Positions 1 through 8,976 of a stretch of 64,000 bases of DNA are shown one piece after another; position 1 is the stretch's first letter; each line of letters starts with the position of its first letter. The DNA is from Opitutaceae bacterium (GTDB lineage Bacteria > Verrucomicrobiota > Verrucomicrobiia > Opitutales > Opitutaceae). The position numbers and the translations under genes were made by a program. The stretch lies in NCBI GenBank assembly GCA_041662485.1, contig JBAZSJ010000026.1, forward strand, positions 1,358 through 65,357. The letters run 5' to 3'. Below the pieces are notes generated by a model. It saw only the letters and a list, made by a program, of their open reading frames with translations. It was not told where the DNA came from and ran no database searches.

Positions 1-1
1 G

Positions 2-844
2 GTTTTCAGCGGTCCAGTGCAGCGCCCGTGCGGTGTAGCGGGTTTTCCCATCGGGCAGAGCCTCGAAGGTTGTAATCGCGGTGAAAAAAATCTCCGGCGA
101 GGGCTCCCAACCGGGACCGAAGGCGTCGGTGAAGACGATGCGCTCGTTATCCACGACTTCGAGAAAGACGCCCTTCGTCGGGTATTCGCTGCCGTCGGGC
201 GCGCGCATCAGGGTCCGAAACACCCCTCCCGTCCGCAGATCCATTTCGCAAAAGGGCGTGGTCATGCCGTGCGGCCCCCACCACTCGGTAAACCGCGTGG
301 TCCACGCCTTGAACAGCAACTCGCGCGGCAGGTCGATGATGCGGGTGAGCACGAGTTCACGTCCAGCGTCCTTCTCCTTCGGCAAATCCATTTTTCCCAA
401 GACGGCGGCAAACCGGTCGAAGTTTTGCTCGTTGGCATCGACCACAATGCCTTTGACCGCGTCGCAGGTCGCGACCGTGTCGAACAGCATGCGAAACGTC
501 ACCCGGGTTTTCCCGGCTTCGTTCGTAAACGTGGCGGTGACTTGAAAACACGGCGGCGCGACATGATCGAAGACGATGCGCGAGCGATACGTGATTTCCC
601 TAAAAATGCTGTGGTTTTGGTAATCCCTGCCGTCGGGACCGTGCATGACAAAACGCCAGTGGCCGTCGGGGCGGAGATCGAACTCGGCGAACGTGTTCGT
701 GAAGCCGTTCGGCCCCCACCATTGCGCAAGGAGAACGGGATTGGTCCAGGCCTCCCAGACTTGCTCAAGGGAGAAGTCAAAGGCCCGGGTGGAGACGATC
801 TCGCGTCCGGCGGTGCCGGTTTCTTCGTGGGTGGGAGTGCTCAT
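2..844 (-). CDS. Tandem SRPBCC (AHSA1/CalC-like) domain protein, 3' end beyond the left edge
   Basis: Hand translation from ATG 844 gives MSTPTHEETGTAGREIVSTRAFDFSLEQVWEAWTNPVLLAQWWGPNGF... and a second domain ...RELVLTRIIDLPRELLFKAWT...WWGPHG. There is no stop before base 1, so it is absent from the ORF track. Confidence 0.85.
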   Translation of the reverse strand, partial: MSTPTHEETGTAGREIVSTRAFDFSLEQVWEAWTNPVLLAQWWGPNGFTNTFAEFDLRPDGHWRFVMHGPDGRDYQNHSIFREITYRSRIVFDHVAPPCFQVTATFTNEAGKTRVTFRMLFDTVATCDAVKGIVVDANEQNFDRFAAVLGKMDLPKEKDAGRELVLTRIIDLPRELLFKAWTTRFTEWWGPHGMTTPFCEMDLRTGGVFRTLMRAPDGSEYPTKGVFLEVVDNERIVFTDAFGPGWEPSPEIFFTAITTFEALPDGKTRYTARALHWTAEN

Positions 845-897
845 GAGGGTGATTATGTGACGGAAGTGTTGTTTGGGCGGCTCACGGATTCAACGAA

Positions 898-1110
898 CTA
901 ACCGGCGTTCCCCGGACAAGATTCCTCAATTTCCCCCAGGAAATCCGGATTCGACTCCTCGCACAGTTCGCCCACCCGGGCGGACGTTGTCAGCGCGACA
1001 TCGGCCGCTTCAAGGCTGCCACGGCGATCCAGCGCAAAGGCCAGCTCCACCAGGTCGGTGCGCAGCGCGTGGAGTTTTCCCAGCAGGAGATGTGTTTCCG
1101 GAGATGTCAT
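898..1110 (-). CDS. Small hypothetical protein (~70 aa)
   Basis: ORF 898..1173; the internal ATG 1110 (MTSPETHLLLGKLHALRTDLVELAFALD) is the likelier start. No recognisable motif. Confidence 0.5.
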   Translation of the reverse strand: MTSPETHLLLGKLHALRTDLVELAFALDRRGSLEAADVALTTSARVGELCEESNPDFLGEIEESCPGNAG

Positions 1111-1194
1111 GGTGCTTCCAGGAGGCGGTGCCCTGAGAGTCAACGAACGGGCCCGCCGGTTCCGGACACGCAAAATCCGTTTTCCCTAAAGATA

Positions 1195-1221
1195 TGTCCT
1201 TCCGGACCGGCCCCGCTCGTC
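1195..1221 (+). promoter_or_regulatory. Possible ECF-sigma (ECF42-like) autoregulatory promoter
   Basis: TGTCCT-N17-CGTC just upstream of the YciI/sigma operon. It resembles the TGTC...CGTC type of ECF promoter; not tested. Confidence 0.3.
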
Positions 1222-1252
1222 GTAATTTATGAACAACCACCACTCCCTCATC

Positions 1253-1645
1253 ATGGAAACCCAACCTTACATGCTGCTCTTCCGGAACACCGGTCCGGAA
1301 AACCACCAGCACCTGTCACCCGAACAGCGCCAGCAGCTCGTCACCCGGTGGAACGCCTGGTTCGAGGGCCTGCTCGCCCAAGGCAAGGCCGTGGAAGGCC
1401 AGCCGCTGGAACTCGAAACCCGCGTCGTCTCCGGCGCCGGCGGAAGCCGCGTCGTGGACGGCCCCTTCCCCGAGACCAAGGAAGCCATCGGCGGCTACGT
1501 CAAACTGATGGTCTCCGGCATGGACGAAGCCACCGAGATCGCCCGGCAACACCCCGGCCTCGTCTATGGCATGCTAATCGAGGTCCGCGGCATGACGCCC
1601 CATTGCCATCTCGGCGTGACCACCAAATCGTCCGACGCCCGCTGA
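1253..1645 (+). CDS. YciI family (DGPF) protein
   Basis: Motif VVDGPFPETKEAIGGY; directly upstream of an ECF sigma factor. Start could also be 1229. Confidence 0.9.
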   Translation: METQPYMLLFRNTGPENHQHLSPEQRQQLVTRWNAWFEGLLAQGKAVEGQPLELETRVVSGAGGSRVVDGPFPETKEAIGGYVKLMVSGMDEATEIARQHPGLVYGMLIEVRGMTPHCHLGVTTKSSDAR

Positions 1646-1649
1646 CCGC

Positions 1650-2948
1650 GTGCCCGACTATCCGTCAATCCCACCCCCGGCCTCCACGACTCCCGCAGGG
1701 CTCGTGGAGCACTTCTTCCGGCACGAAACCGGACGACTTCACGGCGCGCTGATCCGCCTGATGGGCGTGCATAACCTCACGCTCGCCGAGGATGTCGCGC
1801 AGGAAGCCCTGTTGCGCGCGCTGCGCACCTGGTCGATGGGCGGCATCCCCGCCAATCCCTCGGCATGGATCACGCGCGTCGCCATGAACCTCGCGAAGGA
1901 CGCCCTGCGCCACGGGCGCATGTCCGCCTCGAAGGAACCGGCCATCATCACCCATATCGAGCAAACGCTCCCCTCGCCCGCCGTGGCCGTCGGGACGGCG
2001 CACGTCATCCGCGACGACGCGTTGCGTTTGATGTTCGTCTGTTGCCATCCGGCCGTCGCCTCCGATTCCCAGGTCGTGCTCGCGCTCAAGGTGCTCGGCG
2101 GCTTCGGAACGGGGGAAATCGCCCGCGCCTTCCTCACCAGCGACGCCGCCATCGAAAAACAACTCACGCGCACCAAGCAGCGCATCCAGGAGGCCGGCAT
2201 CGCCTTCGAACTGCCCGAGGGCGCCGACCTCACGCCTCGCCTCAACGGCGTGCTGGCGGCCCTCTATCTCCTCTTCAACGAAGGTTACAAAGCCTCTTCC
2301 GGCGACCGACTTCTCCGCGAGGAACTCTGCCAGGAGGCGATCCGCCTCGCCTCGCTGCTGGTCGCGCATCCGGTCGGACGAACCCCTCGCAGCCACGCCC
2401 TGCTCGCGCTCATGCTGCTGACGAGCGCACGGTTCCCCAGCCGGGTGAACGACCAAGGCGACCTGCTCCGCCTCGACGCGCAAGACCGTTCCAAGTGGGA
2501 CCAGTCCCTGATCGAGCGCGGCCTGCAACACCTCGTCGAAGCCGCGCAAGGCGACGAGTTGAGCGAATATCACCTGCAAGCCGGGATAGCCGCCATTCAT
2601 TGCACCGCCCCCGATGCCGCGTCCACCGACTGGCAACGCATCCTCGCCCATTACGACGCCTTGCTGCGGATAAAACCCTCTCCCATCGTCGAGCTGAACC
2701 GCGCGGTCGCCGTCGCCCACGTGCACGGCGCGCAGGCCGGGCTCGACGCCGTCGCGGCGATCCCGCGTCGCGACCGCTTGGAATCGCACTACCTGCTGCA
2801 TGCCGTGGTCGGTGAACTGCACTGGCGTCTGCACGACCACCGTGCCGCCGCCGAAAACTTCCGCCGCGCGCTGACTCTCGCCCAAGTCGGCCCCGAACAA
2901 GCCCACCTCACCCGTCTCCTTGAACGCGTGAACATCGCGTCCGCCTAA
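1650..2948 (+). CDS. ECF sigma factor with long C-terminal TPR-like extension (ECF42-type)
   Basis: Region 2 (AEDVAQEALLRALRTW...PSAWITRVAMN), region 4, and extension with LLYLLFNEGY and YHLQAGIAAIH motifs; paired with a DGPF gene. Confidence 0.9.
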   Translation: MPDYPSIPPPASTTPAGLVEHFFRHETGRLHGALIRLMGVHNLTLAEDVAQEALLRALRTWSMGGIPANPSAWITRVAMNLAKDALRHGRMSASKEPAIITHIEQTLPSPAVAVGTAHVIRDDALRLMFVCCHPAVASDSQVVLALKVLGGFGTGEIARAFLTSDAAIEKQLTRTKQRIQEAGIAFELPEGADLTPRLNGVLAALYLLFNEGYKASSGDRLLREELCQEAIRLASLLVAHPVGRTPRSHALLALMLLTSARFPSRVNDQGDLLRLDAQDRSKWDQSLIERGLQHLVEAAQGDELSEYHLQAGIAAIHCTAPDAASTDWQRILAHYDALLRIKPSPIVELNRAVAVAHVHGAQAGLDAVAAIPRRDRLESHYLLHAVVGELHWRLHDHRAAAENFRRALTLAQVGPEQAHLTRLLERVNIASA

Positions 2949-3625
2949 AGTTCGTCCGCCGTCACGACCAGCAGGCGCGACTGCTCGCAACGCTTCCGCG
3001 ATTTTTCGACGCCAAGCGCATTCAGACCGAGCGTGTTGGCCACGGCCAGCACCGTGCCCACGCCGCAAAACGGATCGAAGACGACCTTCGCTCCCACCTG
3101 CTCCTTGGCAAAACGCACCGCCTGTCCCGCCGCCCGCACGCCCATCGCCCTCACCCATGGCAACCGCCCTGCGTCCGTGATGATGTCCGGCAACGGAAGC
3201 ACATCCGGACACTTCATCGTCCGTGACACCGCGATGAGATGCGTATACCCTGGACGCCCGTAAGTAAGCATTCCCGGAGGCCGGCGGCAGACGATCTTGT
3301 GAAGCAACACATGCGCCCCCGCGTCCTCGGCCGCGCGCACCACCATCGCCCCCTTGTCCACCCACACGCCGTCACGCTTGATGTCGGACTGAAAAAACAA
3401 CGCCGCGCCTTCGTCCGGCACCGCGTCCACGACCAGCCTCACCGCATCGAGAAACCACGCCCGCCACACCGGCAGGGCCATGCCAACCTCCGACACATCG
3501 GGCAGCGAAGTCACGGCGCATGCGCCTTCGATCCGTCCGCGCGCCTGCATCCAGGGAATGGCGTCGGCACAGTGGACCTCCCTCGATGGCGACGGATTCA
3601 TCGGAAGAGGCGGTTTATTTACCAT
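2945..3625 (-). CDS. SAM-dependent methyltransferase, N6/N4 DNA MTase-like fold
   Basis: C-terminal motif I VFDPFCGVGT; N-terminal EVHCADAIPWM; TSLPD at the position of the usual SPPY/DPPY. Start taken at ATG 3625. Confidence 0.7.
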   Translation of the reverse strand: MVNKPPLPMNPSPSREVHCADAIPWMQARGRIEGACAVTSLPDVSEVGMALPVWRAWFLDAVRLVVDAVPDEGAALFFQSDIKRDGVWVDKGAMVVRAAEDAGAHVLLHKIVCRRPPGMLTYGRPGYTHLIAVSRTMKCPDVLPLPDIITDAGRLPWVRAMGVRAAGQAVRFAKEQVGAKVVFDPFCGVGTVLAVANTLGLNALGVEKSRKRCEQSRLLVVTADEL

Positions 3626-3857
3626 CCGTCGTTTTCGACGCGTAATGCGGGATGATCTGCTTGAGATGCCCCTGCACGATGGCGCCGACGGTATCGGCGG
3701 GCATGGACCCCTTGTGGAGTTCGAAGATCGCCACAAGCAGAGCCAGCTCGATGTCCACCTTCTTGGGCGAGGTCGCCTTCATCCCCGCGACGATCTCAAG
3801 CGCCTTCTTCTCTGCCTTCTTGTAGTCCAAAAAATTCTGGTCGGTCGGCGTTGCCAT
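3615..3857 (-). CDS. Hypothetical protein (80 aa)
   Basis: Compact ORF packed between menF and the MTase gene with protein-like composition. Confidence 0.75.
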   Translation of the reverse strand: MATPTDQNFLDYKKAEKKALEIVAGMKATSPKKVDIELALLVAIFELHKGSMPADTVGAIVQGHLKQIIPHYASKTTDGK

Positions 3858-3869
3858 GATTTTATCCGG

Positions 3870-5285
3870 TCAGCCGAGCAGCGCGTCCTGCACGGCGTGA
3901 AACTTGAGCTCGGTCTCCGCGTATTCCCGGTCGGGCTCCGAGCCGGCGACGATCCCGGCCCCTGCGTAGACGCGGGCGCTTGGTCCGTCGATCAACGCCG
4001 ACCGGATACCCACGAAAAACTCGCCGCCGCCCCGCGCGTTGAGCCAACCGAGCGCGCCGGCGTAGAGACCGCGCGGAAAACCCTCCAGCTCTCGAATCGC
4101 TTTCACGGCTGCCTCGCGGGGCGTGCCGCCGACCGCCGGCGTCGGGTGCAACCGGGCCAGCGCGTCGAGCAGACGCACGCCGTCCGGCAGCGCCGCCCGG
4201 ACGGGCGTGGCGAGGTGCTGGACATTGGCGAGACGACGGATGCCCGGCGTGTCGTCGAATTCCAGCTTCATGCCCAACGGGGCGAGACGCCGCACGATGG
4301 AGTCGAGCACGTGACGATGCTCGCGCAGATCCTTTTCGTTGTGCTGAAGGGCGGCGGCGAGCGCGGCGTCTTCGCTGGCGCCTAGGCCGCGGCGCGCCGA
4401 CCCGGCGAGCGCCTCGGTCTCGAACACGTTCTGACTTACGCGCACGAGCCGCTCGGGCGAGGCACCGATGAAACTGGGGCCAAGACCGGTGGCGGCGGAA
4501 AATGCGTAGCAATCGGGAAAACGCTGGCGCAGGCCGTTGAGCACGCGCAGCGGGTGCAGCGGCTGGTCGGCCGTAAGGTCGATCGCGCGGGCGAGCACGA
4601 TTTTCTGAAACTCCCCCGCCCCGATGCGGTTGATCGCCTGGGCGACGGACGCACGGTAGTCGCCCACCTCGTTACGAATAAACGAAGGTTCGAAGGGCGC
4701 GGGTTCGTCCGCCGTCGCGGCATAGTTGAACCCGGCAAACTTGGCATGCGCGCGCCACACGCGCTCGGTCAGCGCGGCCAGATCGGCGTCCGGTGCGACC
4801 AGCAAATTGGCCACGGCCGTGGTCTTCGCACCGGCGCGGGCGACCTGCCAGCGGGGCACAAACACCTGCGCGGCGGGGAACGGTTCGCCCGGCTCGACCT
4901 CGTCGAGAAACGTAAAGCTCGTGAAAAAATGAGGCCCGCCAAACGGCGCGTCCACCGCGCCGACCGCGATCGTGTTCGCCAGCGTATCGTCCACGAAACG
5001 TTGGACCGATGCGAATCGATCCGCTCCATGAGCCGTGTGCGAAAGGATCGCCTCGGCCCCGGCGATGGCGGTCTCCAGCCCCGGACGCTCGGTGTAGAAA
5101 TGCGGCTGGTCCGGCTCGAAGATCGACTCGAGCACCGCCAGCGGATCGAGCGCGCCGACCGCGATGGAGATGCTCACCAGCTTCGACCGGTCATCCTTCC
5201 GGGCGGCCTCGCGGCACTGCGCAAGAAAGGCTCGCAGTGCGTCCGGCGAGGCGTTCTCCGCAGGATTGATTGGCAGGATGGTCAT
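3870..5285 (-). CDS. menF: Isochorismate synthase (chorismate-binding enzyme)
   Basis: KIVLAR, FIGASPERL, ALAGSARRG, KDLREH, VQHLAT, LHPTPAVGG, RGLYAG and AGAGIV motifs. Confidence 0.88.
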   Translation of the reverse strand: MTILPINPAENASPDALRAFLAQCREAARKDDRSKLVSISIAVGALDPLAVLESIFEPDQPHFYTERPGLETAIAGAEAILSHTAHGADRFASVQRFVDDTLANTIAVGAVDAPFGGPHFFTSFTFLDEVEPGEPFPAAQVFVPRWQVARAGAKTTAVANLLVAPDADLAALTERVWRAHAKFAGFNYAATADEPAPFEPSFIRNEVGDYRASVAQAINRIGAGEFQKIVLARAIDLTADQPLHPLRVLNGLRQRFPDCYAFSAATGLGPSFIGASPERLVRVSQNVFETEALAGSARRGLGASEDAALAAALQHNEKDLREHRHVLDSIVRRLAPLGMKLEFDDTPGIRRLANVQHLATPVRAALPDGVRLLDALARLHPTPAVGGTPREAAVKAIRELEGFPRGLYAGALGWLNARGGGEFFVGIRSALIDGPSARVYAGAGIVAGSEPDREYAETELKFHAVQDALLG

Positions 5286-5290
5286 CCGAA

Positions 5291-5381
5291 TCTTTCTCTT
5301 TCCTCTTTCTCTTAATCTTTATCTTCCGAACGGCCAACACCGATCCTGACGAAAAAGAAAGATTAAGAAGAACGAGAACGA
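5291..5381. repeat. Pyrimidine-rich then purine-rich hexamer-like repeats forming an imperfect inverted repeat
   Basis: tctttctctttcctctttctcttaatctttatctt ... gaaaaagaaagattaagaagaacgagaacga; core tcttaatcttt (5310-5320) pairs with aaagattaaga (5358-5368). Confidence 0.6.
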
Positions 5382-5387
5382 TGAATA

Positions 5388-6923
5388 CTAGCTCGCCTTC
5401 GGCTCGGCCTGCGGACGCGGGAAGAGGATCGCGGTCTCGGCAACCTTGCTGCCGGTGAGACGCGCACCCCAGACGAGTTCATCCTTCCAGACCACGCCGG
5501 CCGTGTAGCCGAGCACGCCGTTGATTTTGACCGTTGTCTCGGGCATGACGGCGGGCAGCAGCGCGACGCCAAGGCGCAACGCCTCGGCCATCGTGGCGAG
5601 CGAAGTTTTGAGCAACGCCTGGTCCTTCGCCTCGGCGGACTTCCCGAGCTTCCACGGGGCGCGTTGCTCGATGTAGGCGTTGGTCGCGGTGATGAACGCA
5701 AACGTGCGCTCCAGCGCGATGTGGAACTGGAAGCCTTCGCACAAGGGGATGACCTCGTCGCGCGTCTTTTCCCAGAGGGCCTTGAGCGCCTGCTCGGGTT
5801 CCTCGGAGACCTCGGCGGCGGGCACGACGCCGGCGGAGAACCGGTTGGTCATGTTGAGCGTGCGGTTGACGAGGTTGCCCAGGTTGTTGGCGAGTTCGCT
5901 GTTGTAGCGGATGAGAAACTGCTGGAGCGAAAAATCGCTGTCCTGGCCGACGCTCATCTCGCGGATGAGGAAGTAGCGCAGGGCGTCCACGCCGTATTGG
6001 TCGGCGAACGCGATGGGATCGACAAAGTTGCCCGTGCTCTTGGACATCTTGGTGCCGTTGATGGACCACCAACCGTGCGCGAGGAGCGACTTCGGCGGCT
6101 CGAGGCCGCAGGCCTTGAGCATGATGGGCCAGTAAACGGCGTGCGGAGGCACGAGGATGTCCTTGCCGATGACATGGAAATCGGCCGGCCAGAGACCGGG
6201 CTTGTCGATCACCGCCGAGTAGTAGTTCACCAGCGCGTCGAACCACACGTAGGTGACGAAGTTGTCGTCAAACGGCAGCGTGATACCCCATTCGAGGCGA
6301 TCCTTCGGACGGGAAATACAGAGGTCGTTGAGAGGCTCCGAGAGGAATTCGAACACCTGCTTCTGGCGATAGCGCGGGAAGACGAAGGCTTCGTTCTTCT
6401 TGAGGAACTCGATGAGCCAGTCCTGGTAGGAGGCCAGCTTGAAGAAGTAGTTGGACTCGGTGATCTCGGTCACCTCGCCGAAGATCTCGGGCCAGCGGCC
6501 GTCGGGATTGCGATCCTTGTCCTGGAGGAACTGCTCCTGACGCGTGGAGTAGAAGCCCTTGTATTCGGCCTTGTAGATCTCGCCCTTGTCGAAGAGCTGC
6601 TGGAGGAGCCGGCAGACGACCTTCTTGTGGCGCTCCTCGGTGGTGCGGATGAAGTCGTCGTTGGAGATGTTGAGCTTCTTGCAGACGGCGCGGAATTCCT
6701 CGGAGATCTCGTCGCAGAACTGCTGCGGAGGGATGCCGCGCTTCTTGGCGGTCTGCTGGACCTTCTGGCCGTGCTCGTCCACGCCGGTGAGAAAATAGAC
6801 GTTGTCGCCCATGAGACGGCGGAAGCGGGCAATGACGTCCGTCAGCACCTTTTCGTAGGCGTGGCCGAGGTGCGGCGAACCGTTCACATAGTCGATCGCG
6901 GTCGTGATGTAGAAAGTCTTCAT
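5388..6923 (-). CDS. metG: Methionine--tRNA ligase (short form, no C-terminal dimerisation domain)
   Basis: TTAIDYVNGSPHLGHAY (HIGH), GVDEHGQK, YVWFDAL, IGKDI and KMSKS motifs. Confidence 0.97.
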   Translation of the reverse strand: MKTFYITTAIDYVNGSPHLGHAYEKVLTDVIARFRRLMGDNVYFLTGVDEHGQKVQQTAKKRGIPPQQFCDEISEEFRAVCKKLNISNDDFIRTTEERHKKVVCRLLQQLFDKGEIYKAEYKGFYSTRQEQFLQDKDRNPDGRWPEIFGEVTEITESNYFFKLASYQDWLIEFLKKNEAFVFPRYRQKQVFEFLSEPLNDLCISRPKDRLEWGITLPFDDNFVTYVWFDALVNYYSAVIDKPGLWPADFHVIGKDILVPPHAVYWPIMLKACGLEPPKSLLAHGWWSINGTKMSKSTGNFVDPIAFADQYGVDALRYFLIREMSVGQDSDFSLQQFLIRYNSELANNLGNLVNRTLNMTNRFSAGVVPAAEVSEEPEQALKALWEKTRDEVIPLCEGFQFHIALERTFAFITATNAYIEQRAPWKLGKSAEAKDQALLKTSLATMAEALRLGVALLPAVMPETTVKINGVLGYTAGVVWKDELVWGARLTGSKVAETAILFPRPQAEPKAS

Positions 6924-7044
6924 GGGCGGAGCAGGAAGAACAAACGCACGCCGCGGAAAATGTCGAAGATTTTGCTAAACGGACCGCAAAGGCGGCTTTG
7001 CCGTTGCCAGCGGGAAGGGCCGGCGCAAGTTGGAAGCCGTTCCC

Positions 7045-8076
7045 ATGCGTAACGCGCTCAGGCCCCTTCTGCTCGTCCTCGCCCTGTGCGTCATTGGATC
7101 CACCGCGGCGCTCCTTCAAACTTGGGTGCATCGCCGCACCGTGGAGCGCCAGCATCGCGCCGGCGTGGTCCTGACCGATGGCGAACGGGAGGTCTTGCGC
7201 CAGTATCGCGCCGACCAGCAGACGGCCATTGTCGTGCTTCTCGGCGTGTCATTCACCGCGCTGCTTCTGATCACGCTCATGCCGGGACGCCGTCCCGAGG
7301 GAGACACCCCCGGATTGCAGGCGGTCCGCCAGGAGATCAAGGCCGCGGAGCACTTCGCCATGACGACCGCAACCCAGGGAGAAGCGCTCGTCCGGGAACG
7401 CGACGTTCGCCTGCGCACCGAGGAAAGCCTCCAGCTCCAGCAACGGCTCGTGAGCCAGACCCTCGATGAAAAAGTCCGCCTCGGGCGCGATCTTCACGAC
7501 GGCACGATCCAGTCCCTCTACGCCACCGGCCTCGTGTTGGAATCCGCCCGGAACCTTTTGCAACGCGACCCCGCCGAGGCGACCCGGCGGCTGGACACCG
7601 CACTGAAGACGATCAACGACACCATCCTCAGCGTGCGCAACCACATCAAGGGGCTCTCGCCGGACAACGTTCGACGCGACAGCCTGCTGGCCGTGCTCCG
7701 CGCCGTCGCGGAGGAGCTTGGCGCCGGACGCGCGGTGCTGTTCGACTACAAGATCGACGACACGGCCGCCCTCCGCATCTCCGCCGAGCAGCTCGCGCAG
7801 CTCGTCCCGCTCGTGCGCGAGGCCGTCAGCAACGCGCTGCGTCACGGCGGCGCGCGCAACATCACCTTGCGACTGCACGAGGGCGACAACGCCGTGTGCC
7901 TGCTGGTGCAGGACGACGGCCGCGGTTTTGCGACCGATGCGGACGGCGGGGGCGGACACGGACTTGCCAACATGCAGGCGCGCGCCGAGGGTATGGGCGG
8001 CCGCCTGGCCGTTGCCAGCGCCCCGGACACCGGCACGCGGATAGTCCTCACCCTTCCCATCCAATCCTCCTCATGA
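7045..8076 (+). CDS. Membrane sensor histidine kinase (HisKA_3/NarX-type)
   Basis: Two TM helices; H-box RLGRDLHDGTIQSL; EAVSNALRHG, DDGRGF and GHGLANM boxes. Confidence 0.92.
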   Translation: MRNALRPLLLVLALCVIGSTAALLQTWVHRRTVERQHRAGVVLTDGEREVLRQYRADQQTAIVVLLGVSFTALLLITLMPGRRPEGDTPGLQAVRQEIKAAEHFAMTTATQGEALVRERDVRLRTEESLQLQQRLVSQTLDEKVRLGRDLHDGTIQSLYATGLVLESARNLLQRDPAEATRRLDTALKTINDTILSVRNHIKGLSPDNVRRDSLLAVLRAVAEELGAGRAVLFDYKIDDTAALRISAEQLAQLVPLVREAVSNALRHGGARNITLRLHEGDNAVCLLVQDDGRGFATDADGGGGHGLANMQARAEGMGGRLAVASAPDTGTRIVLTLPIQSSS

Positions 8077-8732
8077 CCCCCACGCCCAAAGCCCCCCTGC
8101 GCGTGCTCATGGTGGACGACAGCGAGGTCGTGCGCATGGGATTGCGCGCCCTGCTTGGCGCCGACCCCTCGCTCAACATCGTCGCCGAGGCCCACAACGT
8201 CGCCTCCGCCGTCGAGGCCGCGACCCGCCACCAGCCCGACATCGTGCTGCTCGACATCCGCCTGCCCGACGGCACGGGCTTCGACGCCTGCCGGCAGATT
8301 TTGCAGCGTTCTCCCGCGACCCGCGTGCTCGTGCTGACTTCCGTCGCCGACGAGGACGTGGTGGACAACGCGATCCGCGCCGGCTCGCACGGTTATCTGC
8401 TGAAGGAAGTTCACGGCCGCGCCCTGCTGCAGGCGATCCACGACGTCGCGGCGGGCAAATCCATTCTCGATCCGGCCATCACCGCCCGCGTGCTCGCCCT
8501 CATGCGATCCACGGCCCCGGCCACGAAGAACACCCTCGCGATGCTCTCGCCGCAGGAACATCGCGTGCTCGCCCTCATTTCAGAAGGGCACACCAACAAG
8601 GAGGTCGCCCAGGAGATGCTGCTGACCGAAAAGACGGTCAAAAATTACCTGAGCAATATTTTCGACAAGCTCCACGTCTCCCGTCGCGCCGAGGCCGCGG
8701 CCCTTTACGCCAAGGGCCAAGCCGGGCACTAG
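8073..8732 (+). CDS. NarL/LuxR family response regulator
   Basis: VDDSEVVR, LLDIRLPD and the LuxR HTH (LSPQE...GHTNKEVA...KTVKNY); ATGA overlap with the kinase. Confidence 0.95.
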   Translation: MTPTPKAPLRVLMVDDSEVVRMGLRALLGADPSLNIVAEAHNVASAVEAATRHQPDIVLLDIRLPDGTGFDACRQILQRSPATRVLVLTSVADEDVVDNAIRAGSHGYLLKEVHGRALLQAIHDVAAGKSILDPAITARVLALMRSTAPATKNTLAMLSPQEHRVLALISEGHTNKEVAQEMLLTEKTVKNYLSNIFDKLHVSRRAEAAALYAKGQAGH

Positions 8733-8771
8733 AGCGGTTTCAGGAAAACTATAGCCGCTGATCGGTCGTGA

Positions 8772-8847
8772 GGAGGACGGACCTCCAGGTCCGTCATGAT
8801 ATTTCTCGAGGACGTCCACACGGATCGGACCTGGAGGTTCGACCTCC
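8772..8847. repeat. REP-like inverted doublet, family E (GGAGGnCGGACCTCCnGGTCCG)
   Basis: 8772-8793 versus the reverse complement of 8826-8847 match at 20/22. Confidence 0.8.
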
Positions 8848-8976
8848 TTTACGGCCACAACTTTACTTAAACTGCACTAGGGCCGTTTGCCGCGGTCGGA
8901 TAGAGGCTTTTTTTCGAGCCGGCGGCCCTAACAGACCGGGTGCTTTCGGTGATACCTTGGATGCATAGCCACCGCC

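Noticed and set aside
8860-8940. c-di-GMP-I riboswitch ahead of the pilin cassette
   Set aside because: GCAAAC and GAAA-like words occur only on the opposite strand and not in the required order.
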